A stretch of DNA of 63,156 nucleotides, counting the filler, from Octopus bimaculoides (Eukaryota): assembly GCF_001194135.2 (NCBI RefSeq). It is 5 parts of 5 records of this genome, joined end to end, with 100 filler letters (N's around TTAATTAATTAA, not from the genome) between each part and the next. Parts side by side here need not be neighbours in the genome. Positions count along the whole stretch, not along the records: positions 32,498 to 48,201 come from NC_068989.1; positions 48,302 to 63,156 come from NC_069006.1; 3 more parts are not named here. The stretch is one strand, 5' to 3'. The notes under the pieces are model-generated. The model did not search any database. It was not told the origin of the DNA and saw only the letters and a list, made by a program, of their open reading frames with translations. The position numbers were made by a program, and so were the translations under genes. Within the stretch, counting starts at the first letter, position 1, and the number at the start of each line of letters is the position of its first letter. This document shows positions 38,213-50,742 of this stretch, one piece after another.

Positions 38213-38303
38213 ACTAGGAAGGATTTGAACCCAGGATATGTTCTGGGGCAACTAAAATCCATTGATCATTTTCACCCCCACTCTACCAATTGTGTCGTTA
38301 CAC
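38213..38303 (-). pseudogene. Degenerate tRNA-like or SINE-head sequence
   Basis: A-box-like acaattggtagag and B box ggttcaaatcc are present, but the acceptor stem does not pair. Not a functional tRNA. Confidence 0.25.
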
Positions 38304-39522
38304 CAATAATAAAATTAGATTTTTCTAATATAGTCACAGGAACTCGAATTTGGTGAGTGAGTAAATTCGATCACTGTACTGACTGATGTTTTATTCTATT
38401 ATCCGTGGAGAGATAAAAGATGAAGCTGATTTCGGCGGGATATGATGTAAGGACCCATAGAGGAGAAAAAAATACCGCAACGTATTTTAATCCAACCATA
38501 AAGATTCTGTGAATTCAATTTTCAAAATTGCTTGCAATGACGTTGATGTTAGTTATTATGATCCGTTGTCGTTGATGCTGCATAGCACATACTCTCTTTG
38601 TCTTCGCAGGAAGTTACTTGGTGAGGGAGAGGTGTACGTATCACGTAAGTGAGGATTGATTGGATCATGCCCGCCTTACTTTTAACATTTTCATTAGGAC
38701 AGAGTTTGGTTGTTTTCACTTGTAGTGTTGTAGAGTGTAGAGACTAGTATGTTGATGACCTTAGAATTGGGCATTCTATCTACGGTTTATTTAAGATAGG
38801 TTATTTCTTTGTATGTAAACTATATTAATATACTCCATTTCAGTTTTCGTTTTGTTGGTATCGTATTAGATATCCAAGACCACATGATTGCATGTTTTTG
38901 TAGATGAAGTGTCAAAATATAAAACAAAACTTATTTTCTCATTAGTTAGTCTGTGTAAGAATTTGCCTTGAAGTTTAGGAAGTCAACTATATGAGAACGT
39001 ATTTTGAAAGAAAGTATATTTGACAAAATATTCCTTTTCGGGGCAACGTGTAAACAATGCATACACAGTGTGAATAACAACAGCAATGCCAACAACAACA
39101 ATAAAATTGATGTTGATGATGACGTTGATGATGATGATGATTATATAATAATAATTTCAGTAATATAAATTCTATTTTGGAATATTTTAAGAAGCACAGT
39201 GCTTAAGAACAATAATATGAACTTATCAGTCATCAGAGGAATTGATTTACTTGATATTTAATATTGCAACTCTTTTGGGACCAACAACTACTTTATAACC
39301 AGAGATGATTTTTGACCTGGTGTTAATAGTTGGTTGTGGTGTCTCCATTGGGTTACAAAATTTGCAGTTTATATAATAAAGAAAGTTACTCGTCGTTTAT
39401 GTAAGTTATGCTATGCTGTGCATTTCCACGTTTTCTGCTGTAACGTCTGTCCTCTTATTTATATTGTCACAGAATTTTGAACCAAAATACTTGGTAATAA
39501 CTTGTATATTCTGTTAAATCAG

Positions 39523-39698
39523 GGAGATGGCAGAATCTTTCTCACACCGAACAAGTTGTTTAGCATTTCATCCGGATTTACGTCTTATTTTCAAATACCG
39601 CTGAAGTCGACTTCCCTTTTCATCCGTTCAAAGTCAATAAAATCAGTACCAGTTAAGCCCTAGAGTCAATGTAGTCGGCTTGCCCCCTCCCCGAAATT
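39523..39698 (+). mobile_element. SINE family A, degraded
   Basis: Contains gatggcagaatc..ttagcatttc..gaagtcgacttccctttcatccgttc..aaaatcagtaccagtt. Confidence 0.65.
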
Positions 39699-39804
39699 AA
39701 TGTTCTTCGTATTCAACATGCTGTCGATGTTTCCATCCATTAGTCACTCTATCTGACTTTTAAGGAAATCCACCTATCGGATGGTATTACTAAACCGATA
39801 TCAT

Positions 39805-39970
39805 ATACCGGATTCAGTTCTATATTTAAGAGATGAGGAATTTTGTACATTATTTACATTTGAAGGATATTTGTCCTCACTTTGTTTGTTGTTAACACAA
39901 CATTTCAGCTGACATACCCTCCAGCCTTCAACAGGTGTCTTGGCGAATTTTGGATCCTGGGTTCTCATAT
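39805..39970 (-). mobile_element. Penelope-like terminal-repeat fragment with degenerate hammerhead core
   Basis: Minus 39937-39898 reads CTGTTGA-aGGCTG-gagggtatgt-CAGCT-GAAAT, i.e. the CUGAnGA / stem II / GAAA arrangement with one core substitution. Confidence 0.55.
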
Positions 39971-41997
39971 GCCCCTGGGCATATGGCGTAGTAGTTAAGA
40001 GCGTGGACATTTTTATAAAGGTCTTTGCCAGAGGAATCTGCTCATCCTCTCGAATTCTTCCTAATTGCTATGTTTTCCTTGAATATATTGTATCAGTGTC
40101 CATTTAGATATTAGTATGGCTTAGGAAATATAGTTAATGAAACTAAATCTCAGGGAAGTAGTGTCTAGAAATGTTACCTACATTGATATAATAAAGGAAA
40201 ATCTAATGCCATGTATATTTTAATATACTAAAACCTTACTGAATAATGCATCAACTATTACAATTAAGTGATTGATATATCATCCCATTCACCCAACATG
40301 TGTAAAATCGCAAAGTGAGAAACTAACTGAAATGATATTTGCATTTACAAATTTGAGTGGATACCAAGAGTAGTAACGGAATTTTTATCTTTCCATTACA
40401 ACTAAATTCGTTGTAAATTAATTAAGAGAACTTCTAATTACAGTTTATGTTTGGTAGCTTTATTGGCAAAAAGAGCTATGCTTCGTTTCTTTATTGATTT
40501 TCGATGCTAAATTTAACGAACACTGAAACTTTTGTTTTTTCCTTTGCTTTTATCCTTTTTTGTTTAGTTCTTTTCCAGCGATGCTCACGTCCCTTTTATC
40601 ATCATTATTACTTCACCGCCTAAACAGGATACAAGAAGACAAAAAGGTGTGTATGTGAGAAAAACCTGTATAATTTGAAAATGCGAGAATTGTGGTTATC
40701 TGCAGAAACTTTAGGAGATTCTCATTAAGGATGTCTTTATAAAATGTAGTTCAAACAATCTTTGTAACATAACATGGATACACACAATACAGATACTGTA
40801 TGTTCTGAGATGTATACACAGTTCCTTAGAAAGAGCATTTATATTAAATTTTCAAAAGATTTAATAAAATTATTATAATGTAACATTTTACTACCTTATA
40901 CGTGTTTATATATCGATATTGAGAAATGATAATTTATTTCAAATTCATATGTGTGTGGTAGAGTTTCTCTCTATGAAAAATAACATCTATCTGAATTTCT
41001 GAAATGAGAACTTAACATCACAATTAAACATTAATATATTCAGACTAGTGTACTTGTCATAAACTCGGTTCAACCGCTTCATCTACGAACATTTTCAGAT
41101 GGTTTTCATATTCGGCAACGTTTTCGGATATGTTCTCCTTCCATACGAAATAAATACTTGTTTTCGTTTGTTTTTACACTTTTGTTAATATTACGATTAT
41201 TTTAGTAACGACTATTGAAAATGTTGCAAGACGCAACGAAAATTTTAGGAAAAATAAATAAGCATATAAGTGGAAATTTTACTGGTGAGTGTGTTAAACG
41301 ATAAGTCCTCAAAAGAGAATGACTCTCTCCAGGCATAACAAAATAATTACTTAACTTTTCTGCAAAGTTTCAATTATAATTGAACTAATCTTTGTATGCA
41401 GTAACATTTTTTTAATACGAAGTATGTCGTTATAAAAGGTATGGAAACATTAAAATATTAACGGATTTAATAATCAAAGAACTGCCGACAGCACTGCCTG
41501 TAGAATTAGCAAAAGCACGTGAGAGACATATTCTCTAATTTACATGTCACTGTAATTTGTGATGTAATTTAACCTGTCACCGACAACATGGTATTCAATG
41601 GTTCTATATAGTTAATATTATTGTAATGTATATGACGTTTGTACCATTAAAAGTTGTTTGCTGAATTATTTGAATTAACAATGAACTAACGAATGATAAA
41701 TGACATCACAAAGTACAAGAAATTATTACTCGTTTGCAAGAAACACAAAATATATAACCTGTGTTGAATTGTTTAATTTGCAGAAGCTCTGAAGTCTATT
41801 GATTTTAATATTTTGCAGTTCAGCTGTATCTTATAATGAATTCTTTGTTTATTTTTTCCTTGCAGTAGTATGTATTTAGATTGTTTTCTAATGTTCAGCA
41901 AGAAATATCTCACCTAGTATCCATAGCACCATTGCTACTACAACCCTAACCTAACTTACTCCTTCAACTAGCGTTTCTGGTACTGCATCTATTACTA

Positions 41998-42057
41998 CTG
42001 CTGCCTCTGTCACTGCTACTGCTGTTGCTGCTACTGATTCTGCTGCTGCTGCTGCTG

Positions 42058-42124
<67 letters not shown>
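41998..42124. repeat. (GCT)n / (ACT)n microsatellite
   Basis: Visible directly. Confidence 0.9.
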
Positions 42125-44675
42125 GTCATTTCATCGCCGACATCATCTTTAATATTCTTAATTTCGAAGTGTTTAAAATTATTATAGAATTTTCAAGTTA
42201 AGAATTTTGTTTGTTAATATGCCACATGACAAGAATGTGAAATATGTCTGTCTGTTACAAGTCACCTTTGATATTTAAAAACTGTTTCATCTTCATGAAA
42301 ATATTAAAAATAAAACACTTGAAGAGAAAAACCTGCCGTAATCAGAATTCTATTAATTTCGAAAACAATGCATATAATTATAAACGAAGTCAGAATCAAG
42401 AACAATAAAAATGAAATATAAACAATACAGAAATAGTCCTTTCTTTTCCTCGAGCATTACGTTCTTCGTCTTAATTTGATTGTTATGATATCATAACCTT
42501 TTGGCATCTCGGCTTTCTTGATGACGGTAATTATCTTAAGTTCACTAAGAATCGAAACAACTTCTGTTCATACAAGATTTTAATGAAAAGCAGAAGAAAT
42601 GACTTGCTGAAGGGCGACAATAGAAAATGATCCATCAACACTTTCTTGCTTCTGTTTCATAATCGCTCTAATGTTCAGAGAATGCTAAATTAAACGTATT
42701 TTTATTGTAAAACATATCGCTTCAGGATTAAAGACTTCTTCTGACAATTTAAGTATGTAAGTGTCGTGGGTATTGTTGCTGGGTTAATCTGATCTACTTT
42801 GAATGCAACAACACAAATATACTTTTAAAAATTGATTTAGTGTTAACTAACCTATGATTACGGAGCTAAACTTCTTTACTTCATATATACCAAAAGTCAG
42901 GTAATTTCTGGGTTCAGATCATGTCTTGTATTATTGAGGTTTATCTCTTCCTCTGATCTGACATCAGGACAGATCTTATACATTAAGTTTTATTTGTTAG
43001 TTTTTATCACATGAGATATTTATCATAAGTGTGTATCATAAGTGGAATTAATAACATTTGAATGTTAAGCACCTCTAAGTTAGAAACATTACTCAATTAT
43101 AAAACGCTCTTATTAATATACTTTATTTATAAAGTTTATACAAAATCCATAGTTATGTTAACCATCTACTTGATATCGAGCAAATAATTATTTTTTGATA
43201 CAGGAGTGCGTTGGAAAATAATAAACTTTCAAAGGTATGATACGGTTTATTATATTTGTAGTGTCAAATTTCTCACATAGGGCTTTCAACATTTCTCGCA
43301 ATGAATTTTCATCACAGACAGCCGCACATTATATGCAATCAAACTTTCAAGTCTTCATACATTACTTGATGAAACGGAGGCGAAAACGTGTTAAAGGAGT
43401 AACGAATAACAAATTGCAATCTATAATTTGATAAACTAAACTAGCCAATGTTCTCATAAGTGTAAGTTTTGGAGTTCAATCAATCTAATACTTCCAGACA
43501 AGATTTTACATGAAACAAAAACGTATGTCCAGTAAAAGAAAATTGTTACATCGTTTAGCTATATACTCAATACTTGCTACCCATTTTAAGATATCTTTGG
43601 TCAACAGGCAGACATTAAGTCACAGAATAAGTTAAACTTATATATATCTTTCACAATGATTCCTTTAATTTCATAAATACTAACACTTAACTATTACGTA
43701 TGCATGTATTTTATATAGAATATTAATCAATTTCTTCTTCAATAAATATACAAACTATAATGGAAAATTCGAAAATTAGAAGTGTTTTATAGAAAGCAAT
43801 TATCATGCAAATTTTCAGAAATGCAATAAGGACTGACCTATATCTGTGATATAGGCCATTCATTCTCTTCAATTATTTAATTGCTGAAATTTCACCAAAG
43901 TTACTCATTATTCTCTTCTATTTTTACTTATTTTATTGCAATGATTTCTCCATTTACATTACCAATGCAGTTTGAACATGACCAAATGTAATTATCAAAT
44001 ATGATATCAACTGTAATGTACCCTACTTACATTTTACTTTTACATTATCGTTATTAATGGCTGACGAACTATCTGTATCATTTGTCAACATTCGTAGTAG
44101 TTATATACTTGAATTTGTATATTCTGCTACTAAATCTGCAATAAGCAAACTTACAATGGCTGCTTGAATAATCAAGCTTTTTAATGATTCTTGCGTATTT
44201 TACATTTGTAGATAAACATTAAGCAATTCCATTATTTTAATCCATTTGGCAAACGACGTAGAACAAAAGACATACTTCCAACTTGTGTAAATCATATTGC
44301 AGTTTCAATTACTATAGGAAGTTAATTATCCTCATTAACAGATAGATTTTTCTTGTTCATTGTACGAATATCGCGATATAAAACCCATTTAAAGTGCATT
44401 GCTTTTATATCTAATGAGAAGTACTGAGATATTCTGATTTATAAATAAGTATTCATCTAATACAGATAACGACCATTGAGAGACAGTCTCTTGATACTTG
44501 ATGTGATCTGCAAGAATATAGAAACCTAAAGTTTCTGAAATAGACAACAAACATCTTCCAAAAGTTGAGTGACGTACTCGTATATTCCACATGATCATGT
44601 GAGCGACCAAGCTATCGAATGTTGTTACACATCGCTGGTCACAGAGCACTTTTGCATTGTTTTAGATTTCAAATG

Positions 44676-44999
44676 TGAAGGCGCATGTCTTAGTGGTTAG
44701 GGCATTCGGCTCACGATCATAAGGTCGTGAGTTCGGTTCCCGGCGATGCGTTGTGTCCTTGAGCAAGACACTTTATTTCACGTTGTTCCAGTCCAGCTGG
44801 CAATACCGAGTAGTACCCGTATTTCAAAGGACCGGCTTTCTCACGCTATGTGTCACGTTGAGTCTCCCTGAGAACTACGTTAGGGGTACACGTGTCTGTG
44901 GATTGCTCAGTCACTTTCACCTTAATTTCATGAGCAGGCTGTTCCGTTGATCGTATCAGCTGGGACCCTCGTCGACGTAACCGTCGGAGTGCTCCATTA
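44676..44999 (+). mobile_element. SINE (head C2 + tail T1), full length with 13-bp TSD
   Basis: TSD tagatttcaaatg at 44663-44675 and 45000-45012. A box tagtggttagggc and B box gagttcggttccc. Confidence 0.92.
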
Positions 45000-45136
45000 T
45001 AGATTTCAAATGACGTCACCACCTGCTGGCTAGGCAAGCAGGCCAACATTCCATACACACACACAAAAGGCGGACTGAAGCAACGTGAAATGAAGCAGAT
45101 TGACACTTCTCACACACCCGAAAGGGAGCAACGTGA

Positions 45137-45222
45137 GGGAGCTGCAAAACGAAAGGGAGCTGCAAAACGAAAGGGAGTTGCAAAACGAAAGGGAGCTGCA
45201 AAATGAAAGGGAGCTGCAAAAT
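45137..45222. repeat. 18-bp minisatellite gggagctgcaaaacgaaa, about 4.8 copies
   Basis: Units start at 45137, 45155, 45173, 45191 and 45209, with no spacers. Confidence 0.92.
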
Positions 45223-45731
45223 AGCACTGAATTAAAACGAAAAAGAATGAATAAAAGACAAGTAGACATTTGGCCATAAATGGAGTAGAGCTGGGTTCAG
45301 TAGAATACTATTTTGACACAAGATAAGGCCGCTTGAACGTCACACGAAAGCGGGTATATATGTAGAAAATACTGAGTTTTCTGGTGACTCGATGTTACAA
45401 TAATGATAATTTGATCTTGTATTGTTTCCGGAAATATTTCAAGGGTGAATAATTATAAAGTTTCAGTAATTACACCCTGTATAATACGTGCAATTCAGTT
45501 CGAAACAAAAGCAACAGGTCTCTGTCTCTGAACAACTTATTTCCCACAAGCCGACAATATCAAAATTAATGAGCACATTTTGAAAATTAACCATGTCTGA
45601 TTTCAATATTGTGGTTTCTGAAGAGTTAATTTAATATAAATCAACACAACAAGACTATAACACTGGTTTACACATGTATACATGGACTGGAATATGAAGT
45701 TCATATAAATACATAGATGTGTATGTATGTG

Positions 45732-45803
<72 letters not shown>

Positions 45804-45875
45804 TGTGTGTGTGTAATATATATAGTAATATATAAATATATATATATATATATGTAATATATAAGTATAAAAATG

Positions 45876-45933
<58 letters not shown>

Positions 45934-45958
45934 TATTTATGTATATATATATATAGGG

Positions 45959-46702
45959 CAAAGAAGAAAATGAAGAAGATAATCAATCAACAAGCATCAA
46001 CCTGCAATCATTAATTTGGATGTATTCATCAATTAATTACAATCACATGCATAAGTAATTAAATAAAGAAGTAAATAAAACATATATTAATGACTAACAA
46101 TAAATGAGTGAATAATACTGTCCTCTTACAGCTGGTTCTACTCTGGGCTGTCCAACTTGCCAAGGTTTACACATCATACCAGTATTATACAGAGATTGTA
46201 CATTAAATTGAAATAAGATGTAATTCTCTTAACCTATGGAGATTACCTCTGGAAGTGACTTCTTTACAATAAGATGTAATCGCATAACCTATGGATATTT
46301 TTTTTATTCCCTCACTATTTTTATCATTTCATTATTTTCTTTTACTTTTTCACATGTTAGATGCTTACCATTTTGGACTTTCCTCCCTTATGGACGCTCT
46401 GAAGAAGATTTGTGGCTCAATAACTGTCCAACCCCTGTCCAATTATTGTTCAACCTTTGTACAATCTCTGTATAATGCTGGTATGATGTGTAAACCTTGG
46501 CAAGTTGGACTTTCCCCCAAAGTAGGAACAGCTGTAAGAGTATAGTTTTATTCACTCATTTATTCTTATTCCCTTAAGTAGTTTTTTTATTTACTTGTTT
46601 ATTTACTTATACATATGATTGTAATTAATTGATAAACAGATCCAAATGAATGTTTGCAGGCTGATGTTTGTTGATTGATTATCTTCTCCATTTTCTTCTT
46701 TG
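45959..46702. mobile_element. Fold-back element with ~245-bp inverted arms and a 255-bp spacer
   Basis: 45959-46202 is the reverse complement of 46458-46702 at roughly 80-85% identity by eye. The inner ~50 bp have one mismatch. Confidence 0.85.
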
Positions 46703-46940
46703 ACTTATAAATTTTGGGTAAATTTCTGTATTACCCTCACTCATATCTATCATTCAATTAATTCGCTACTGCTCTACAACAGTAAACATTTGGATATAAA
46801 TACATTGGTATACATCCACTAGTATATTGGATATTTATTATCCCTTAGATGGTTGTTTAACCTCTAACTCATACGGACGTGTATATGTGTGTGTATGTGT
46901 GTGCGTGTGTGTGTGTGTATGTGTGTTTATGTAATGTATT

Positions 46941-47690
46941 ACCTTTCACCTTTTACTGGTTTCAGCCCAGTAAAAGGTCATGCTGGTGCACCACCTATAG
47001 TTACTCGCTGTTGTTTCCAGAATTGTTTTTGGTGAAGTAGCGAGTTGGACAGAGCTGCTCTTCTTTTCATCTCCTGCCGCGATGTGAGTCCATCTTGTAT
47101 AACAGATGGAATGCTGCCCAAAATTTCCTTGAAAACTTCCACGTCAACACCATATAGATCTCTAAGGTTGCTTGGAAAGATGTTGAACAAATGCGGGCCC
47201 TTGAAACCCAGACTATTGCAGTACTGTGTCCTTATTTTAGATGGGGAAGACGGAATCTTTGGTATGATGCAGTGCCGTCTAGTGCGATGGTTGGTATAGA
47301 TATCTATTCCAAAATTGGGAGTTAAACCTTTCAAGATCTTCCAAATATATATCACCGCATGTCTCTCACACCTTCTCTCCGGGGAATAGAGACTCAGTTG
47401 TTTTTGCCTCTCCCCGTAGCCCATCTTTCGAATTGAGACAATCTTCTTTGTGTATTGGCGCTGGATTTCTTCGAGTTCCCTAGTTTGTTTCACACTCTCT
47501 GGGGACCATAGTTGGGAGTAGTAGTCCAAGCAGCTGAGAATGAAAGTCTTCCATAGGGGTAGCAGGGCTTTCTTTTTCTTGGTTCTGAATATCCTCGGAA
47601 TCCATTCAGCCACTCGTCTACACAGTGTTGCCAACTTGGTAATATGCACATGGAATGTGAGCATAGGTTTCCCCAAATTCCATTCACAAG
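46941..47690 (-). mobile_element. CR1-group LINE 3' fragment with intact 3' terminus
   Basis: ORF 46978-47676 (LDYYSQLWSP..RHAVIYIWKILKG..CNSLGFKGPHLFN) is colinear with 23412-24143. It ends GGAPA*, followed by a 3' stem-loop. Confidence 0.9.
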
Positions 47691-48168
47691 TCCGTTGTCA
47701 ACAGTAGAATCCTGCTAAAGGCGATGAAGTAAGAAAGCCCTGACTACTGTGCCGTGCCGGGCTTTGTGATTGAACCCGGAGGTACATCTTTGTGAAACGT
47801 TACTTCATACACATATAACCGTGCTTGCACCCTAAAGTACATCTGACGCCACTAAATGTTATGTGATCTAGTCGCAGTGAAACTGGCAGTGGCTTTTATC
47901 ATTTTATAATCTAAGAGAAATGAGTAATTGCAAGGTATTCTATGGCCATTTGTCAAAGGAAGTATCTAATCATTGTACATGTGTACGGGGCAGTAAGTCA
48001 TTATAAATGACTCGGCGCCAGAATCATCGTTGTGCGGAATTTAGAATATTCCCACAACATTTTTAATTAAATATTCATTTTGATTATCATGCTTTTCTTT
48101 CGCTCAGAAATCCATGAAAGTATTAATAGTACATACAGTTATATGGAAAGTATGAGCGAGGAAGTAAT

Positions 48169-48201
<33 letters not shown>

Positions 48202-48301
48202 NNNNNNNNNNNNNNNNNNNNNNNNNNNNNNNNNNNNNNNNNNNNTTAATTAATTAANNNNNNNNNNNNNNNNNNNNNNNNNNNNNNNNNNNNNNNNNNN
48301 N
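48202..48301. other. Artificial assembly linker N44-TTAATTAATTAA-N44
   Basis: Same 100-bp structure as at 17233. Confidence 0.9.
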
Positions 48302-48911
48302 CCTCCTCCTCCTCCTCTTCCTTCGAAGACCAACCCACCATTTAACATTTCAGGGGCCTACCCCCAACCCCCCCCACACACCACTTAAAACAATTAGTAG
48401 GTGGTGGGATGCCATACATCCGCTCCATACCCCCACGACCCCCGAACATATTAAAACCAAAATGGCGTGTCTGAAATGAGGTGGGTGTCGGCGATGAAGG
48501 TCGCAGGGGGTGTCAGTTATATGTGAGGGTGGAGTGTCGGCGATGTAATTAGAGATTGTGTCAGGTTGTTTTCGTTTGTAATAAATCATGTATGTCAGAT
48601 CAGCAGGAGGGGTGTTATACGGATCCCCGAGGGGGGTCTTCACTGTCTTCTCACTTCCCTGCCAAAATTACCCCACACAGAACAAGAGATCGAGGTATAT
48701 ATATACATACATACATACATACATACATATGCATCGCGTGTGTGGTGCAAGAATGATACACAGATTCTATTCATATGAATTATAAAATAAACGGTGACGT
48801 ATACATCAATATTATGTATAAATGTGTTTGCTTGTGTGTTAACATATATTTTATGCTCGTAATACACACACATATAGATAAATAGACATAAATACACATA
48901 GAAACTTATTG

Positions 48912-48954
<43 letters not shown>

Positions 48955-49801
48955 NNNNNNNNNNNNNNNNNNNNNNNNNNNNNNNNNNNNNNNNNNNNNN
49001 NNNNNNNNNNNNNNNNNNNNNNNNNNNNNNNNNNNNNNNNNNNNNNNNNNNNNNNNNNNNNNNNNNNNNNNNNNNNNNNNNNNNNNNNNNNNNNNNNNNN
49101 NNNNNNNNNNNNNNNNNNNNNNNNNNNNNNNNNNNNNNNNNNNNNNNNNNNNNNNNNNNNNNNNNNNNNNNNNNNNNNNNNNNNNNNNNNNNNNNNNNNN
49201 NNNNNNNNNNNNNNNNNNNNNNNNNNNNNNNNNNNNNNNNNNNNNNNNNNNNNNNNNNNNNNNNNNNNNNNNNNNNNNNNNNNNNNNNNNNNNNNNNNNN
49301 NNNNNNNNNNNNNNNNNNNNNNNNNNNNNNNNNNNNNNNNNNNNNNNNNNNNNNNNNNNNNNNNNNNNNNNNNNNNNNNNNNNNNNNNNNNNNNNNNNNN
49401 NNNNNNNNNNNNNNNNNNNNNNNNNNNNNNNNNNNNNNNNNNNNNNNNNNNNNNNNNNNNNNNNNNNNNNNNNNNNNNNNNNNNNNNNNNNNNNNNNNNN
49501 NNNNNNNNNNNNNNNNNNNNNNNNNNNNNNNNNNNNNNNNNNNNNNNNNNNNNNNNNNNNNNNNNNNNNNNNNNNNNNNNNNNNNNNNNNNNNNNNNNNN
49601 NNNNNNNNNNNNNNNNNNNNNNNNNNNNNNNNNNNNNNNNNNNNNNNNNNNNNNNNNNNNNNNNNNNNNNNNNNNNNNNNNNNNNNNNNNNNNNNNNNNN
49701 NNNNNNNNNNNNNNNNNNNNNNNNNNNNNNNNNNNNNNNNNNNNNNNNNNNNNNNNNNNNNNNNNNNNNNNNNNNNNNNNNNNNNNNNNNNNNNNNNNNN
49801 N

Positions 49802-49833
<32 letters not shown>

Positions 49834-50742
49834 CGCCCAGATATTTATTATATATATAATATTCTATAATTATATACATAAGTCTTGTGGATTCATCATT
49901 TATCTTTTTGCCAACATAAAAAAGCGTGTTATTGTCTCGGAGATACTAATGGTAGTTGAAATGGCATTAGCGTCTATTTCTAATTTCGGTACGTGGCGAA
50001 GCAATTAGCTGACCCTTGATTATAATTATGTATATGATTATAGAATGTTTTGCATAATTCACCTAAAAAGGCTATTTTATCGTACTGACTACTTGGTAGA
50101 ATTATTAATTATTAATCAATTAATTAATTGATCAATTAATTAATTAATCTTACCCCATATTATTATATATATATATGTGTGTATATATGCAATTATGCTT
50201 GTATGTATGCATGTATGTATGTTTTTATTTATTTATATTTATTTCAGCGTTGCTTTTTGTTGATGAAATGTTAACTTATGATAGCATATAAATATAATTG
50301 TGTGGGAAACTGTTGGTGATCCAGCATTGCTCTCGAACCCACGGCTATTGTTGAATCATATTAATGCAATAAGGTGTATGATACGTGAAACACTCAGCAA
50401 CTACCAGCTGATACTAATGTACAGAAACGACTGTAGTGATTTTGGTTTGGATTAAAGCCTGTTGAATCCATCTTCTTGTAATATAATATGAGTGTGTGAC
50501 TCATGAATAATAATAATAATAATAAAATAAATAATAATAAAAATAAATAAATAAATAAATAATAATGAAATAGATAAATAATAATAATAATAATAAAATA
50601 AATAAATAATAATAAAAAATAAATTAATTAATAATAATAATAATAAATAAATAATCATGGCGGTGCTCCAGCATGACCGCAGCCACTTGACTGAAACGCA
50701 TAAATACATAAATAAATTAATAATAATAATAATAATAATAAT

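Noticed and set aside
45137-45222. Regular repeats as a possible CRISPR array (also 62700-62801)
   Set aside because: The units are contiguous with no spacers, there are no cas genes, and the context is eukaryotic.
47880-47940. tggcagtgg (WQW) as a possible SFXN exon
   Set aside because: It continues LLSFYNL rather than xNQSFNA, and has an in-frame upstream stop with no acceptor.
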